From an uncultured delta proteobacterium (GTDB lineage: Bacteria; Desulfobacterota; Desulfuromonadia; Geobacterales; DSM-12255), in assembly GCA_963787125.1 (NCBI GenBank), contig CAWBBV010000003.1, forward strand, positions 1 through 48,332: a stretch of DNA of 48,332 nucleotides, written 5' to 3'. Both the position numbers and the translations under genes were made by a program. Position 1 is the stretch's first letter; the number at the start of each line of letters is the position of its first letter. Positions 28,400 through 39,674 of the stretch are shown here, piece after piece. Under the pieces are notes generated by a model, which was given only the letters and a program-made list of their open reading frames with translations, was not told where the DNA came from and made no database searches.

Positions 28400-28671
28400 A
28401 GTAGATACTTTCAAAGCGGATTGCAATCTTTATTCGAACCTCGAAGATAAAATTAATTCTGGAGAATCTGACAGTACAGTCAGCAGGGATGAACGTGTTG
28501 ATTTATCAGGAAAAGTAGCACTGTTAACAGAGGAGAGTATTAAATGAGTTTGAACTTGGAGAGGGAATCTTCTTTTTGTGAGAAACCAGCTATAAGGTGG
28601 TTTTCGCGATAATGAGAATCAAGTCGCTGGTGTTTGCAGATATCCGGACAGCAAGAGGTGCTCCTGAGTCT

Positions 28672-29454
28672 TTAAATCCCTTCCCACCCCAGATAACCGG
28701 TACCGACAGCTAACTCAACATGAATATACTTGCCTGCCTCAGTTTTAAGTGTTTCAAGAACCGCCTTGTTGATAACTATTTTACCATCATAGAGGCGATT
28801 CGGATCATCGGTTATTATGTTGACTGAAAAAATCTTGCTGACGCCGGATTCCGGACAGGTTAATCTCAACTTTTTAAATGCGCCGTGCTTATAGTGATCA
28901 CTAAGATGTTTTGCAGTCATCTTGTTAACCGCCACAGAAGCCAGCATCTGCTCCCAGTAGGTATTTGCCGTCGTTTTCAGCAAATCCGACTGTAACGAAA
29001 TCAGTCCGTTAGCGGTGGTAAGTATAGCCGGTGACTGCTGCGGAAGAGGCGGTGATATTGGTTGAACTACGGCAGCAGGCTGTGATAGGGGTTGCGACAC
29101 AGGTATACTTTCGGCTGCCTCTACCAGCTTCTCCAGCTTCTTATAAACTACGTTAAGCGATATTGAAAGAAGTTGTAAATTGACAGTTTTGGCACAGAGC
29201 ATAAGCAAAAATGCCTTGGGAAAAGCTCGAACAAGAATCCTTGAGTCCCCATAGCGGAAATCAAAATTCTTGATCCCACCTAAGGCATCGTGAAGACCCA
29301 GTGCACAGTCTGAAAGGGCTCCGGACGCCTTGACAATATCCTGTGAATCAAACACCGGAGGAAACAGGCTGGCAAGAAGACGCCCTTCGTCATTACAAAC
29401 CATACTCCCCACAACGTTTGGGAGCGCATTTATCTTTTCAAGCACAACTTGCAT
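28672..29454 (-). CDS. Roadblock/LC7 (MglB-like) N-domain, Pro-rich linker, unknown C-domain
   Basis: LEKINALPNVVGSMVCNDEGRLLAS...; ATG 29454 with GGAGG. Confidence 0.78.
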   Translation of the reverse strand: MQVVLEKINALPNVVGSMVCNDEGRLLASLFPPVFDSQDIVKASGALSDCALGLHDALGGIKNFDFRYGDSRILVRAFPKAFLLMLCAKTVNLQLLSISLNVVYKKLEKLVEAAESIPVSQPLSQPAAVVQPISPPLPQQSPAILTTANGLISLQSDLLKTTANTYWEQMLASVAVNKMTAKHLSDHYKHGAFKKLRLTCPESGVSKIFSVNIITDDPNRLYDGKIVINKAVLETLKTEAGKYIHVELAVGTGYLGWEGI

Positions 29455-29561
29455 TATTCCTCCGGCAGCCTGCACTCATTTGTAAATCAGGAGATATTTC
29501 ATCTGAGTTTCAGGCTTAAAATAACTTTGTTAAGACGCTTAACTCAGTCATCGGGTCAGGG

Positions 29562-30308
29562 TTATTTGGCCATTAAAACTTTACGGATATCATTCTCTGC
29601 CGCTGCAATATTGGACGATCCGGCCAACACAATACTTAAGTAGAGCTGCCTTGATTCAAACAGTAGCAGATGGTTTTCCACCCCTTCTACTGCAGCTGAT
29701 TTAACATCACCGGCAGAAAAAGGCTCACCAAGCATGTTACCAACCATGATAAGGTATTGCGCCTGAGCTGCCAGTTTTTCACTTGCATAACTATCATCAG
29801 AAACCGGCACACCATCTTTATTCAGCACCACAGAGTGCATGACTCCGGGAATCTGCTTCAATCGCTCAAATATGGAAGCCATTATACCTCCAGTTACTGA
29901 TGTAGGCGCTGCAGCGGGTATGGGCGGCGTAGCAGTTGTCTGTGGCTCAGCTCGCCCGCTCTTTCTGCGTTTTTCATCCATCAACCGATGAGCCTCCAAG
30001 AGGAGGAATTGCCAATCATCGTTAATTGTACGCAGGGTCGTAGCAATCTTGGGGTCAAGGATGAACGTCCCGCCAGGCCATGAAAGAATCTGATAAAAGG
30101 CCTCAGCTCCGGTTATATCACCCATTTCTGCATGGATGATTTCACCATCACGGAAAAAAATCTTCCCTGACGTATTAATATGAGCAACAGAGATACAGCC
30201 GCAAAAACGGTTCTGTATTTTTAACTGAATGACATCAGCCAGAACTAAACCTGTCACTGCACCATTGAAGCCTGCTGGAGCGACATCAGACATCTGAAGA
30301 TGTGGCAT
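29562..30308 (-). CDS. DUF4388 plus roadblock-like protein, paralog of 8916-9650
   Basis: GFNGAVTGLVLADVIQL, IFFRDGEIIHAE, LKQIPGVMHSVVLNKDGVPV, AAVEGVENHLLLFE. Confidence 0.85.
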   Translation of the reverse strand: MPHLQMSDVAPAGFNGAVTGLVLADVIQLKIQNRFCGCISVAHINTSGKIFFRDGEIIHAEMGDITGAEAFYQILSWPGGTFILDPKIATTLRTINDDWQFLLLEAHRLMDEKRRKSGRAEPQTTATPPIPAAAPTSVTGGIMASIFERLKQIPGVMHSVVLNKDGVPVSDDSYASEKLAAQAQYLIMVGNMLGEPFSAGDVKSAAVEGVENHLLLFESRQLYLSIVLAGSSNIAAAENDIRKVLMAK

Positions 30309-30484
30309 ATGGACCTCCGGTTGAGTCGACAGGCCTCTTTAGAACAGTTTTTTATAATTATATTTTCACAATACTTTATTGTCAAGCAAAAGAAGATTTG
30401 AACGGCCGACACACAACCCTGAATCATCAGTATTACGCTGTAATCATATCATAAAAAGATATATTATCTATTACAATAATGTTG

Positions 30485-31630
30485 TTAAACCTTGTTTGCT
30501 TTCAGCTCTTTTAATGGATAGAAAGTACCCCGCCAGTAGATGCCGCCCTGAACAAGATTGAGCAACATGGTGCGAAAAAGTATGAAGACAAAGAGCGCCG
30601 TTGCTATTGGATACCCAAGAACATACCAGACCTTGGTGTGATGAAAACGAGCAGAGTCGGCAAAAGCAATAATAATAAAACAAACGGTTGCCAGGTAAAT
30701 ATCCTGCACCACTCCCGTGGTGATGAATATAGCTATAAAAGGCCAGAGACTGCAGAACAGGTGAATTAGTATCCCCGCAAGAACGAGGGGAATGTTATAA
30801 TCTGCGGCAGAAAAGGCGTTCTTTTCCAAGCCCTTTATAACCTCTTTAATCGTTGAGTACCATTCAACCGCCAGAAACTCCGGAGCGTAAACTAAATCCT
30901 GACGATAACCTGCCAACTTGATGATCTTGCCCAGCTTCATATCATCATCTGGCCGCAGGCGAATAGTCTCATGCCCGCCTACATGCCTGTATATCTCAGC
31001 TCTCACTATATTAAAAGCGCCTATACCAACATGACAACGACTCTTTACATCCCTGGCCTTCCAAGGCCTGGAGAACAGCGCGAAGAAAATAATAAAAGAA
31101 GCTCCAAACATAGAAAGAAAAGTAGTTGGCATAGTCATTGACGGTGTAGCAGTAAGATGATCAAGTTTGTACAGCTCCATAAAAGCAGCTGCGCGGGTCA
31201 AAACTGTCGACTCCATGACAATATCGGCATCGGTAAAAAGAAGCAGCTCACCCGATGCAAGACGACTTCCGATCCAAAGTGCGTGATTCTTCCCAAGCCA
31301 ACCAGGGGGAAGGGTTTTAAGATGTATCACCTTTAAGCGTGATGATGAAGCAGCCATTTCATCAAGTATCTGACCGGTATTATCCTCGGAACGATCATCC
31401 ACAACTATCAGTTCGAAAGCGGGATAATCAAGCTCTAACAGCGACTGTAAAGCTTCGCGGATATTCTTCTGTTCGTTTCGGGCTGCGACAACAATTGAAA
31501 TGCGCAAAGGATTTTCACAATTGAGAGGAGAAACTTCACGAAGGGCTTTAATCATACGGTTACCGACAGTCAGATCGCAGACTACCAGCAGGTAAAACAA
31601 TAACGTTAGCAGAGCAACCCAGAAAAGCAT
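30485..31630 (-). CDS. GT2 membrane glycosyltransferase
   Basis: VAARNE, VDDRSED, GWLGKNHAL, FTDAD, RPDDD. Confidence 0.9.
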   Translation of the reverse strand: MLFWVALLTLLFYLLVVCDLTVGNRMIKALREVSPLNCENPLRISIVVAARNEQKNIREALQSLLELDYPAFELIVVDDRSEDNTGQILDEMAASSSRLKVIHLKTLPPGWLGKNHALWIGSRLASGELLLFTDADIVMESTVLTRAAAFMELYKLDHLTATPSMTMPTTFLSMFGASFIIFFALFSRPWKARDVKSRCHVGIGAFNIVRAEIYRHVGGHETIRLRPDDDMKLGKIIKLAGYRQDLVYAPEFLAVEWYSTIKEVIKGLEKNAFSAADYNIPLVLAGILIHLFCSLWPFIAIFITTGVVQDIYLATVCFIIIAFADSARFHHTKVWYVLGYPIATALFVFILFRTMLLNLVQGGIYWRGTFYPLKELKANKV

Positions 31631-31640
31631 TGTCAGGAAG

Positions 31641-31850
31641 TCATTTTATTTCCTGAAGTTCAGGAAAGCAGACATTGTGAGCCAGGTTGGCTTTAGCCCC
31701 GCATTTGGCGCAGATAACAGTCGGTTTGCTGGTCAGATGCTGCACTTCGCCTAATAGTCCCATATTTGTCAGCGAACAGATATGGCCCTTATGCATCTCG
31801 CCACAAGAGCAGGACATTTCCGGAATATTTTTACTACTCGGTTCTGACAT
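31641..31850 (-). CDS. Small Cys/His-rich protein
   Basis: CSC, HKGHIC, CAKCG, HNVC; GGGGGA RBS. Confidence 0.7.
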   Translation of the reverse strand: MSEPSSKNIPEMSCSCGEMHKGHICSLTNMGLLGEVQHLTSKPTVICAKCGAKANLAHNVCFPELQEIK

Positions 31851-31887
31851 AAGACATCCCCCTAGTTATCAAATTAAGAACATAAAT

Positions 31888-31922
31888 AAAAAGGGACTTC
31901 GCAATCCAAGCGAAGTCCCTTC
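31888..31922 (-). terminator. Intrinsic terminator after tRNA-Pro
   Basis: AAGGGACTTCGC...GCGAAGTCCCTT stem with T-run on the minus strand. Confidence 0.8.
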
Positions 31923-31930
31923 TATTGATA

Positions 31931-32007
31931 TGGTCGGTGCGACAGGATTTGAACCTGCGGCCCCTAGCCCCCCAGGCTAGTGCGCTACCAGACTGCGCTA
32001 CGCACCG
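31931..32007 (-). tRNA. tRNA-Pro(GGG)
   Basis: CGGTGCG acceptor stem, CTAGC-CTGGGGG-GCTAG anticodon arm, GTTCAAATC, CCA end. Confidence 0.97.
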
Positions 32008-32020
32008 GAACAAATACATA

Positions 32021-32353
32021 CTAAAGTAACTTTCTGAGATCTTTCAATTCATGGCAAAGTCTCTGGATGAGCTCGGCAGGGTCAATCTCTTTACTCTTGC
32101 TGTTTTTGCGTGTCACTGAAAATCTTGCTATAGCCCCAGCAATTGTCAGCTTCTGAACATATAGCAACCGGTAAATCTCTTTGATCTGTTCAAAATCGCG
32201 ATTGGAGTATAGACGCTGCCCTGTCTTTGTTTTGCTGGGCGAGAGAATATCGAACTGAGTCTCCCAGAATCTGAGCACTGATGTTTTAATGTTCAGAATT
32301 TCGGCTATTTCACCAATCTTGTAATATAGCTTTCCGGAAGCTGCCTCTGTCAC
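32021..32353 (-). CDS. MerR-family regulator
   Basis: YYKIGEIAE...VLRFWE...GQRLYS; conserved position after ihfA. Confidence 0.92.
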   Translation of the reverse strand: MTEAASGKLYYKIGEIAEILNIKTSVLRFWETQFDILSPSKTKTGQRLYSNRDFEQIKEIYRLLYVQKLTIAGAIARFSVTRKNSKSKEIDPAELIQRLCHELKDLRKLL

Positions 32354-32371
32354 AGCTCCTCCACCGTCCAG

Positions 32372-32647
32372 TTATTTGTTAATGGAAGCTTTGAGAACCT
32401 GACTTGGCTTGAAAGTGAGGATCCTTCTGGCTGAGATAGTGATCTCTTCGCCAGTCTGGGGGTTTCTACCTCTACGATCAGCTTTGGCTTTGACAACAAA
32501 ATTTCCAAAACCGGCGATTTTGATCTTGTCTGTGCTCTCAAGGGTGTCTTTCATAATATCAAAGACAAGTTCAACAAGTTCAGCAGACTCTTTTTTTGAA
32601 AATCCAACTTTCTCGTAAATCTTCTCTACAATGTCAGCCTTCGTCAT
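32372..32647 (-). CDS. ihfA: Integration host factor alpha
   Basis: MTKADIVE...GFGNF...RRGRNPQTGEEI. Confidence 0.96.
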   Translation of the reverse strand: MTKADIVEKIYEKVGFSKKESAELVELVFDIMKDTLESTDKIKIAGFGNFVVKAKADRRGRNPQTGEEITISARRILTFKPSQVLKASINK

Positions 32648-32742
32648 AGCACCCTCAAGTTATTGATTAATCGTATTAATAATGTCCCAACTGCGGAGAT
32701 GTTTTATATCATAAGGGTTTCATTATGGCAATCGTTTTTGTT

Positions 32743-35148
32743 CTATCTTACAGTAATGTTCAACTCTGCAATCAAGCTGGCCACAATCTTCAGGTGAACC
32801 CTGCTAACCTCTTCATCAGTAAGCGTCTTTTCAAAGGAACCGTAGCGAACCCTGACAGCAATACTTTTCTGCCCGGCCGGAATCTTGTCTCCGGTATACA
32901 GATCGAATATTTCGATGCTCCTTGTTTTGTCACTCTTTACCGCTTTAATGCAGTCAATAACCGCTGCAGAGGTTTTCTCATCATCCATGAGCATTGCTAT
33001 ATCCCTGTAGGTATCGGGAAATCTGGAGGGTGCTATAACCGTGGGCACAGCGCTGCTCATCTCTACCAGGGTTGCAAAGTCGAGCTCGAAATAGAATACA
33101 GGCCTGTCAATCTCGAAAGCTTCTTGCACATCAGGATGAATTTCACCAAGGGTTCCCAGCAGCCTGTTTTCGCAGATAATAGCTGCTGATTTTCCGGGAT
33201 GATAAAATGGTTCGACTCCTCCCGCGATAAGTGTAATTGCCGGCAGTTTAAAGATTGTGGTCAACGATTCCACAACCCCTTTAAGATCAAAGAAATCAAT
33301 CATGTCCTTTGGCTGATTCCAGCCCTCAGAGTTGCGCATACCGGTCATTAGGCCGGCTACATGGAGCGGCTCATCGGGAAGCTCATGGCCCGGTTTTGCC
33401 CAATAAACCCGTCTCATCTCAAAAAGCCTCAGGTTAAAGTTTCTCAGACTGAAGTTCTTGGCTGCAGTTTGCAGCAAAGCAGGCAGCAGAGTTGTCCGCA
33501 TCACGGCATGCTCATCGACAAGCGGATTTAGCAGCGCAACTGCTGAGCTTCTCCGATCGGATTCATGGAAATTAAGTTTACAAATATCGAGATGCGAAGC
33601 GAAACTGAAATTAATGACCTCGTTGAAACCTGCAGACGCCAGATGATTCCTGGCTTCACGCTCAAGTTGCTGGTTACGCGGTACCCTGTCTGAAAAAATT
33701 CCGGCGACCGGCATTGTTGTTGGGATATTCTCAAAGCCGTGAAGTCTGGCTATTTCTTCCACAAGATCTATTTCCCGCTCTATGTCGACACGAAATGATG
33801 GGACGAAGACTGAAAGCACGCCATCTGCCTTGACTGATACTTCAAACTCGAGATTGGTGAATATCTTGCTAATAGTCTGTTCATCCAACTCAAGCCCAAG
33901 GATAGAGTTAACTCTGGAGACTCTGACATCAATATATTTCTTTGGCTGAGGAGCGGGAAATACGTCGATTATCCCTCTGGCGATCACTCCGCCTGCAAGC
34001 TCTGCAATCAGTGATGCAGCCCTGTCAAGTGCAGTAGTCACAATTTGCAAGTCAGCACCGCGTTCAAATCGGTGTGATGACTCAGTATGGAGTCCAAGCC
34101 TCTTGCTGGTAAGACGGATAGCGGACGGATTAAAGTAAGCGCTTTCAAGGAGAATATTGGTTGTGTCAGCAGCTATCTCAGAGTTTTCTCCCCCCATAAT
34201 ACCGGCAAGTGCTACGGCGCGCCCAGCGTCTCTAATAGTAAGATCATTAGAGTTGAGTATTCGCTCCTGAGCGTCAAGAGAAGTAAATTTCTCACCTTCT
34301 GAGGCACGCCCAACAATTATCTTGCCACCAGACAACTGCCTGAAATCAAAGGCGTGCAAAGGATGTCCATACTCCATCAAAACATAATTGGTTATATCGA
34401 CAACATTATTTATGGAGCGCTGACCAACCGCTTTAAGCCTTGTTACAAGCCATTGAGGGGACGGAGCAATCTTGCAGCCTGACAGATATCTGGCCGCATA
34501 ACGAGGGCAGAGATCCGGATCAAGTATTTCGACTGATGCTACCGCATCTATTTCTGAACCCTTTTCAGGGATGTCATGGGATGCATAGCGGACTTTTACC
34601 CCAAGCTTAGCGGCAATCTCCCTGGCGATACCGATGACACTGAGACAATCTGCCCTGTTAGGGGTAAGGCCGATCTCGAAAACGACATCTTTTATGCCGA
34701 GAGCTTCAAAAACCGGGGTTCCAAGCTTCAATTCAGACGGAAGAATCATAATTCCGGCAGATTCATCGGCGAGCGCCAGTTCTTTTTCGGAACAGAGCAT
34801 GCCGCACGACTCTTCGCCACGAATTTTTGATCTCTTTATTTTGAAATCACCGGGAAGAATTGATCCGACCTGTGCCAGGGCAACCTTGTCTCCTGATTTA
34901 AAATTCTGAGCTCCACAGACAACACTGATAATTTCCCTGCCGTTATTAATCTTACATAACGACAGTTTGTCAGCATTCGGGTGTTGGGCGCGCTCTTCAA
35001 CAACAGCAACAATCACATCATCAAGCTCGGCGCCGATATATTCGATGGCTTCAACCTCAAGCCCAAGCATAGTCAACAGATCTGCCAGCTTTTCCGGTGA
35101 GAGCTCAAAATCTACGAATTCCTTCAGCCAGTTATAAGTAACTTTCAT
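32743..35148 (-). CDS. pheT: Phenylalanine-tRNA ligase beta subunit
   Basis: MKVTYNWLKEFV, HPNADKL, LTPNRADCLS. Confidence 0.98.
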   Translation of the reverse strand: MKVTYNWLKEFVDFELSPEKLADLLTMLGLEVEAIEYIGAELDDVIVAVVEERAQHPNADKLSLCKINNGREIISVVCGAQNFKSGDKVALAQVGSILPGDFKIKRSKIRGEESCGMLCSEKELALADESAGIMILPSELKLGTPVFEALGIKDVVFEIGLTPNRADCLSVIGIAREIAAKLGVKVRYASHDIPEKGSEIDAVASVEILDPDLCPRYAARYLSGCKIAPSPQWLVTRLKAVGQRSINNVVDITNYVLMEYGHPLHAFDFRQLSGGKIIVGRASEGEKFTSLDAQERILNSNDLTIRDAGRAVALAGIMGGENSEIAADTTNILLESAYFNPSAIRLTSKRLGLHTESSHRFERGADLQIVTTALDRAASLIAELAGGVIARGIIDVFPAPQPKKYIDVRVSRVNSILGLELDEQTISKIFTNLEFEVSVKADGVLSVFVPSFRVDIEREIDLVEEIARLHGFENIPTTMPVAGIFSDRVPRNQQLEREARNHLASAGFNEVINFSFASHLDICKLNFHESDRRSSAVALLNPLVDEHAVMRTTLLPALLQTAAKNFSLRNFNLRLFEMRRVYWAKPGHELPDEPLHVAGLMTGMRNSEGWNQPKDMIDFFDLKGVVESLTTIFKLPAITLIAGGVEPFYHPGKSAAIICENRLLGTLGEIHPDVQEAFEIDRPVFYFELDFATLVEMSSAVPTVIAPSRFPDTYRDIAMLMDDEKTSAAVIDCIKAVKSDKTRSIEIFDLYTGDKIPAGQKSIAVRVRYGSFEKTLTDEEVSRVHLKIVASLIAELNITVR

Positions 35149-35189
35149 TTGTTTTCCTGATAGATAAACTTAACAGTTAAAGTATTAGG

Positions 35190-36206
35190 TTAAAATTGCG
35201 AAAGGAAACGGACGTCGTTCTCAAAAAGCAGCCGCATATCGTTTATGCCATATTTAAGCATTGCAACCCTTTCGATACCCATTCCAAAGGCAAAACCGCT
35301 GAATGATTCCGAATCATAATCTACATGGCGGAAAACTTCCGGATCAACCATGCCTGCGCCGAGAATCTCCAGCCAACCGGTGTTCTTGCAGACCCTGCAA
35401 CCTTTTCCCCGACAGATGACACAGGCGATATCAACCTCGGCACTGGGCTCAGTAAAAGGGAAAAAGCTTGGCCGTAGGCGGACACCAATATCGCTGCCAA
35501 ACATCTGGTTTGTAAACGTTGTCAGTATCCCTTTCAGATCGCCAAAGGTAATCCCCTTATCCACCATCAAACCTTCGATCTGATGGAACATCGGCGAGTG
35601 AGTGGCATCGTAATCGCAGCGATACACGGTACCAGGGGCAATAATACGGACAGGCGGTTTCTGCTTCAACATTGTCCTGATCTGGACGGGGGAGGTATGA
35701 GTCCGCAAAAGAAGATTGTTTTGCACAAAGAATGTATCCTGCATATCCCGTGCTGGATGATCCTTGGGGAAATTGAGTGCTTCGAAGTTATAGTAATCAA
35801 GTTCAATTTCAGGGCCTTCAGCTACGAGAAAACCAAGACCGGCGAAGATATCGCATATCTCCTCAACTACCAGAGTGACAGGATGTTTTGTGCCTCTAGG
35901 GGCAACTCTGCCGGGAAGAGTCACATCGATTCTTTCTTCTTTTAGCTTCTGCGCTTTAAGGGCATCTTTCAATGAAGCAGAGGTAGTTTCAAAACTCTCT
36001 TCCAGACAATCCCTGACAGAGTTTACTACCTGACCGATCAGCGGCCTCTCTTCAGGGGAGAGAGAACCTATCCCTTTCATGATAGCTGTCAACTCACCCT
36101 TTTTGCCAAGGAACCTGACTCTCAGTGCTTGAAGATTCTCTTCACTGTCAACACCGGCAAGTTCAGAAAGAGCCAGACTCTTAAGCTGTTCCAACTGTTC
36201 TTTCAT
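35190..36206 (-). CDS. pheS: Phenylalanine-tRNA ligase alpha subunit
   Basis: [26 protein letters not shown]; start ATG 36206 with AAGGA. Confidence 0.98.
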   Translation of the reverse strand: MKEQLEQLKSLALSELAGVDSEENLQALRVRFLGKKGELTAIMKGIGSLSPEERPLIGQVVNSVRDCLEESFETTSASLKDALKAQKLKEERIDVTLPGRVAPRGTKHPVTLVVEEICDIFAGLGFLVAEGPEIELDYYNFEALNFPKDHPARDMQDTFFVQNNLLLRTHTSPVQIRTMLKQKPPVRIIAPGTVYRCDYDATHSPMFHQIEGLMVDKGITFGDLKGILTTFTNQMFGSDIGVRLRPSFFPFTEPSAEVDIACVICRGKGCRVCKNTGWLEILGAGMVDPEVFRHVDYDSESFSGFAFGMGIERVAMLKYGINDMRLLFENDVRFLSQF

Positions 36207-36217
36207 CGCAATTTCCT

Positions 36218-36257
36218 TAAAAAAAAAGAAATGGAATGCTACGCACCCCATTTCTTT
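36218..36257 (-). terminator. Terminator-like hairpin between rplT and pheS
   Basis: AAGAAATGG...CCATTTCTT followed by a long T-run on the minus strand. Confidence 0.7.
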
Positions 36258-36276
36258 TATCTGTCGTGATTTTGAT

Positions 36277-36630
36277 CTAGGCGCTGGCTTTTGCCAGACC
36301 TGCAATCTGAGCAAAGCCGGATGGATCCGAAACTGCAAGATCAGCCATAACCTTGCGGTCGATTTCAACTTTGGCCAGTTTAAGACCATGAATCAGTCGG
36401 CTGTATGTTATGCCGTTGATACGAGCGGCTGCATTGATCCGGATAATCCAGAGAGCGCGGAAATCACGCTTCTTTACACGACGGTCACGGAATGCATAGT
36501 TAAGGGCTCTGTCAACAGCCTCGGTAGCGCTTCTGAAAAGCTTACTTCTCGCACCACGATAACCCTTGGCAAGTTTCAATACTTTGTTTCTTCGCTGTCT
36601 CGCTTTAAATCCTCTTCTTACGCGTGGCAT
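36277..36630 (-). CDS. rplT: 50S ribosomal protein L20
   Basis: MPRVRRG...KLAKGYRG...[11 protein letters not shown]. Confidence 0.99.
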   Translation of the reverse strand: MPRVRRGFKARQRRNKVLKLAKGYRGARSKLFRSATEAVDRALNYAFRDRRVKKRDFRALWIIRINAAARINGITYSRLIHGLKLAKVEIDRKVMADLAVSDPSGFAQIAGLAKASA

Positions 36631-36779
36631 TTACTACTCCTTTTGTTTTGTATTTCGCCGGATCCGCAAGGGGAGACTATTTCCTCACGGTTCACAGACT
36701 TTCATGCAGGCTGTATACACTTGACTCAGGGCAGATCGAAACCTAAAGTCAAGAGCCTAGAGCCCCGATCCAGATTTTA

Positions 36780-36977
36780 CTACATATACGGAATAAGCTT
36801 GGCAATATTTTTTGCGTCAGCGGCGGAGACAAGCGCACCACCGCGCAGGTTGCGTTTGCACTTACGGGTCTTGCTGGTAAGGATATGACTGGTGAACGCG
36901 CAACCACGCTTAATCTTGCCGGATGCGGTCTTCTTGAAGCGTTTTGCAGCACCACTGTTTGTTTTGATTTTAGGCAT
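36780..36977 (-). CDS. rpmI: 50S ribosomal protein L35
   Basis: [17 protein letters not shown]. Confidence 0.99.
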   Translation of the reverse strand: MPKIKTNSGAAKRFKKTASGKIKRGCAFTSHILTSKTRKCKRNLRGGALVSAADAKNIAKLIPYM

Positions 36978-36998
36978 TGCTCTCTCCTGTTGATTTAT

Positions 36999-37511
<513 letters not shown>

Positions 37512-37522
37512 GGCGCCACCCC

Positions 37523-39433
37523 CTAGTGGTAATTTGCTGACTCAGTTGAAATAAACCTTATAAACTCGTCGACCGACACAGAATCAAGGTTCTTGCCATC
37601 GCGGTACCTAGGAGTAAGAGTGCCGGATTCGACCTCTTTATCTCCAATTATAAGCATATACGGAACCTTCTGGAGCTGAGCTTCACGTATTTTGAAACCA
37701 AGTTTTTCGTTGCGGATATCCTTCTGAATTCTGACCCCTGCATTGCGAAGCTGCTGATAAAGGTTCTCCGCATAAGGAATCTGGGCATCAGTAACTGTCA
37801 GCAGAACAGCCTGAACTGGCGAAAGCCAGAGAGGAAAACTTCCGGCAAAGTGCTCGATCAGGACACCGATGAAACGCTCTATCGAGCCGAGAATAACCCT
37901 GTGAACCATTACGGGTCGCTTCTTTTCACCGTCACTGTCTATATACGTAAGGTCAAAGCGCTCTGGAAGCGTAAAATCGCACTGGATTGTAGCACACTGC
38001 CATTTCCTGTCAAGGCAGTCTCTAAGCTTGATGTCGATTTTCGGGCCATAGAATGCCCCGTCGCCTTCATTAATTTCAAAGCTGCGCCCGGTATCCTTCA
38101 GGGCACCAAGAAGCGCGTTCGTGGCGCGTTCCCAGTCCTCATCGGAACCGATCGACTTTTCCGGTCTGGTTGAGAGCTCCATATCGAAGTCAAACCCGAA
38201 TTTTTCCATGATCTCCGCAACAAAGGAAATGACGTCCTTGATTTCTGTATCAAGCTGTTCCGGTGTACAGAGAATATGGGCATCATCCTGAGTAAAACAC
38301 CTGACTCGCATCAGTCCATGAAGAACCCCGGCACGCTCATGACGGTGAACAGTTCCGAGTTCGAAGTAGCGGAGCGGAAGATCACGGTAACTTCTGAGGT
38401 GGGACTTGTAGATCATCATATGGGAGAGACAGTTCATCGGCTTTATACCGAAACTCTGCTCATCAACCTCGGTGAAGTACATGTTTTCGCGATAATTTTC
38501 GTAGTGACCGGAACGCTGCCAGAGCTCGGACTTGAGAATCTGCGGACCGACAACTATATCGTAACCGCGCTTCAGATGTTCCTTGCGTTCAAAGTCCTCC
38601 AGAATTGTCCGGAGCATGGCGCCTTTTGGATGCCAGATGGCAAAACCGGCACCAACCTCATCACTGAAAGAAAAGAGGTCCAGCTCTTTGCCCAACTTAC
38701 GATGGTCACGCCGTTTTGCCTCTTCAATCCTCTCCAGATAGGCATCAAGCTCCTTCTTGTCAGCAAACGCCGTACCGTAAACGCGCTGCAGCATCTTCCG
38801 TTTTTCATCACCGCGCCAGTATGCGCCGGCAATAGCGGTAAGCTTGAAGGCCTTACAAAAGGATGTCGACGGGAGATGTGGTCCACGGCAGAGATCGGCA
38901 AAATCACCCTGATGATACAGGGAGACATTGGCGACACCAAGATCTTCAATAAGTTCGACCTTGTAATCCTCACCGAGATCACTAAAGATCTTTATCGCAG
39001 CAGCGCTGGAAAGATCCTCTCTGACAATCGGCGTGGCAAGCTTTGCCAGTTCGTGCATTTTCTTTTCGATTTTTTCTAGATCTTCGGGCGTAAATGGATG
39101 GTCAACATCGAAATCGTAATAGAAGCCGGTTTCTATAGCCGGACCAATAGTAACTTTTGCTTTGGGAAAGAGACTTTTGACCGCTTGAGCCATAAGGTGG
39201 GAAGTGGAGTGCCTGATAATTTCAAGAGCTTCCGGGCTTTTCTCAGTAATTATAGCAACAGTCGCCCCATCAACAAGAGCGGCAGCCAAATCAACAACCT
39301 CACCGTTTACCTTGCCGGCAATCGCCGCCTTGGCAAGCCCGGCACCAATGGATGCAGCAAGATCACGGACAGTAGAACCCTGCTGAAGCGTTCTACCGGA
39401 ACCATCAGGAAGGAAAACATTTATGTCAGCCAT
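37523..39433 (-). CDS. thrS: Threonine-tRNA ligase
   Basis: [31 protein letters not shown]. Confidence 0.99.
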   Translation of the reverse strand: MADINVFLPDGSGRTLQQGSTVRDLAASIGAGLAKAAIAGKVNGEVVDLAAALVDGATVAIITEKSPEALEIIRHSTSHLMAQAVKSLFPKAKVTIGPAIETGFYYDFDVDHPFTPEDLEKIEKKMHELAKLATPIVREDLSSAAAIKIFSDLGEDYKVELIEDLGVANVSLYHQGDFADLCRGPHLPSTSFCKAFKLTAIAGAYWRGDEKRKMLQRVYGTAFADKKELDAYLERIEEAKRRDHRKLGKELDLFSFSDEVGAGFAIWHPKGAMLRTILEDFERKEHLKRGYDIVVGPQILKSELWQRSGHYENYRENMYFTEVDEQSFGIKPMNCLSHMMIYKSHLRSYRDLPLRYFELGTVHRHERAGVLHGLMRVRCFTQDDAHILCTPEQLDTEIKDVISFVAEIMEKFGFDFDMELSTRPEKSIGSDEDWERATNALLGALKDTGRSFEINEGDGAFYGPKIDIKLRDCLDRKWQCATIQCDFTLPERFDLTYIDSDGEKKRPVMVHRVILGSIERFIGVLIEHFAGSFPLWLSPVQAVLLTVTDAQIPYAENLYQQLRNAGVRIQKDIRNEKLGFKIREAQLQKVPYMLIIGDKEVESGTLTPRYRDGKNLDSVSVDEFIRFISTESANYH

Positions 39434-39502
39434 ATCATGCCCCTTAAAAGAAAAGGCATCGAATCACGATGCCTCACATAATCCACCGTTGCTGTAAAGC
39501 AA

Positions 39503-39577
39503 TGGTAGGCGCGGGCGGTTTCGAACCGCCGACCCCTAGCGTGTCGAGCTAGTGCTCTACCCCTGAGCTACGCGCCT
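39503..39577 (-). tRNA. tRNA-Val(GAC)
   Basis: AGGCGCG acceptor stem, CTAGC-TCGACAC-GCTAG anticodon arm, GTTCGAAAC, CCA end. Confidence 0.95.
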
Positions 39578-39674
39578 ATACAAACGAACGCTATAAATAC
39601 TGAATTAACTCAGTTAAGTCAAGATTTTTCTTCATACAAAGCATCGGCAACCGAGAAGTTATTTTATGCGACTA

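Noticed and set aside
31931..32007. tRNA-Pro as an integration site for the adjacent accessory genes
   Set aside because: No integrase and no duplicated tRNA 3' end found in the window.
35190..36389. 399-aa PheS with an N-terminal extension
   Set aside because: The extension overlaps rplT and a terminator; ATG 36206 has an RBS and gives a normal length.
39450..39475. Hairpin upstream of thrS as a T-box or ThrRS operator
   Set aside because: Leader is too short for a T-box and lacks its motif; more simply a terminator or processing hairpin after tRNA-Val.
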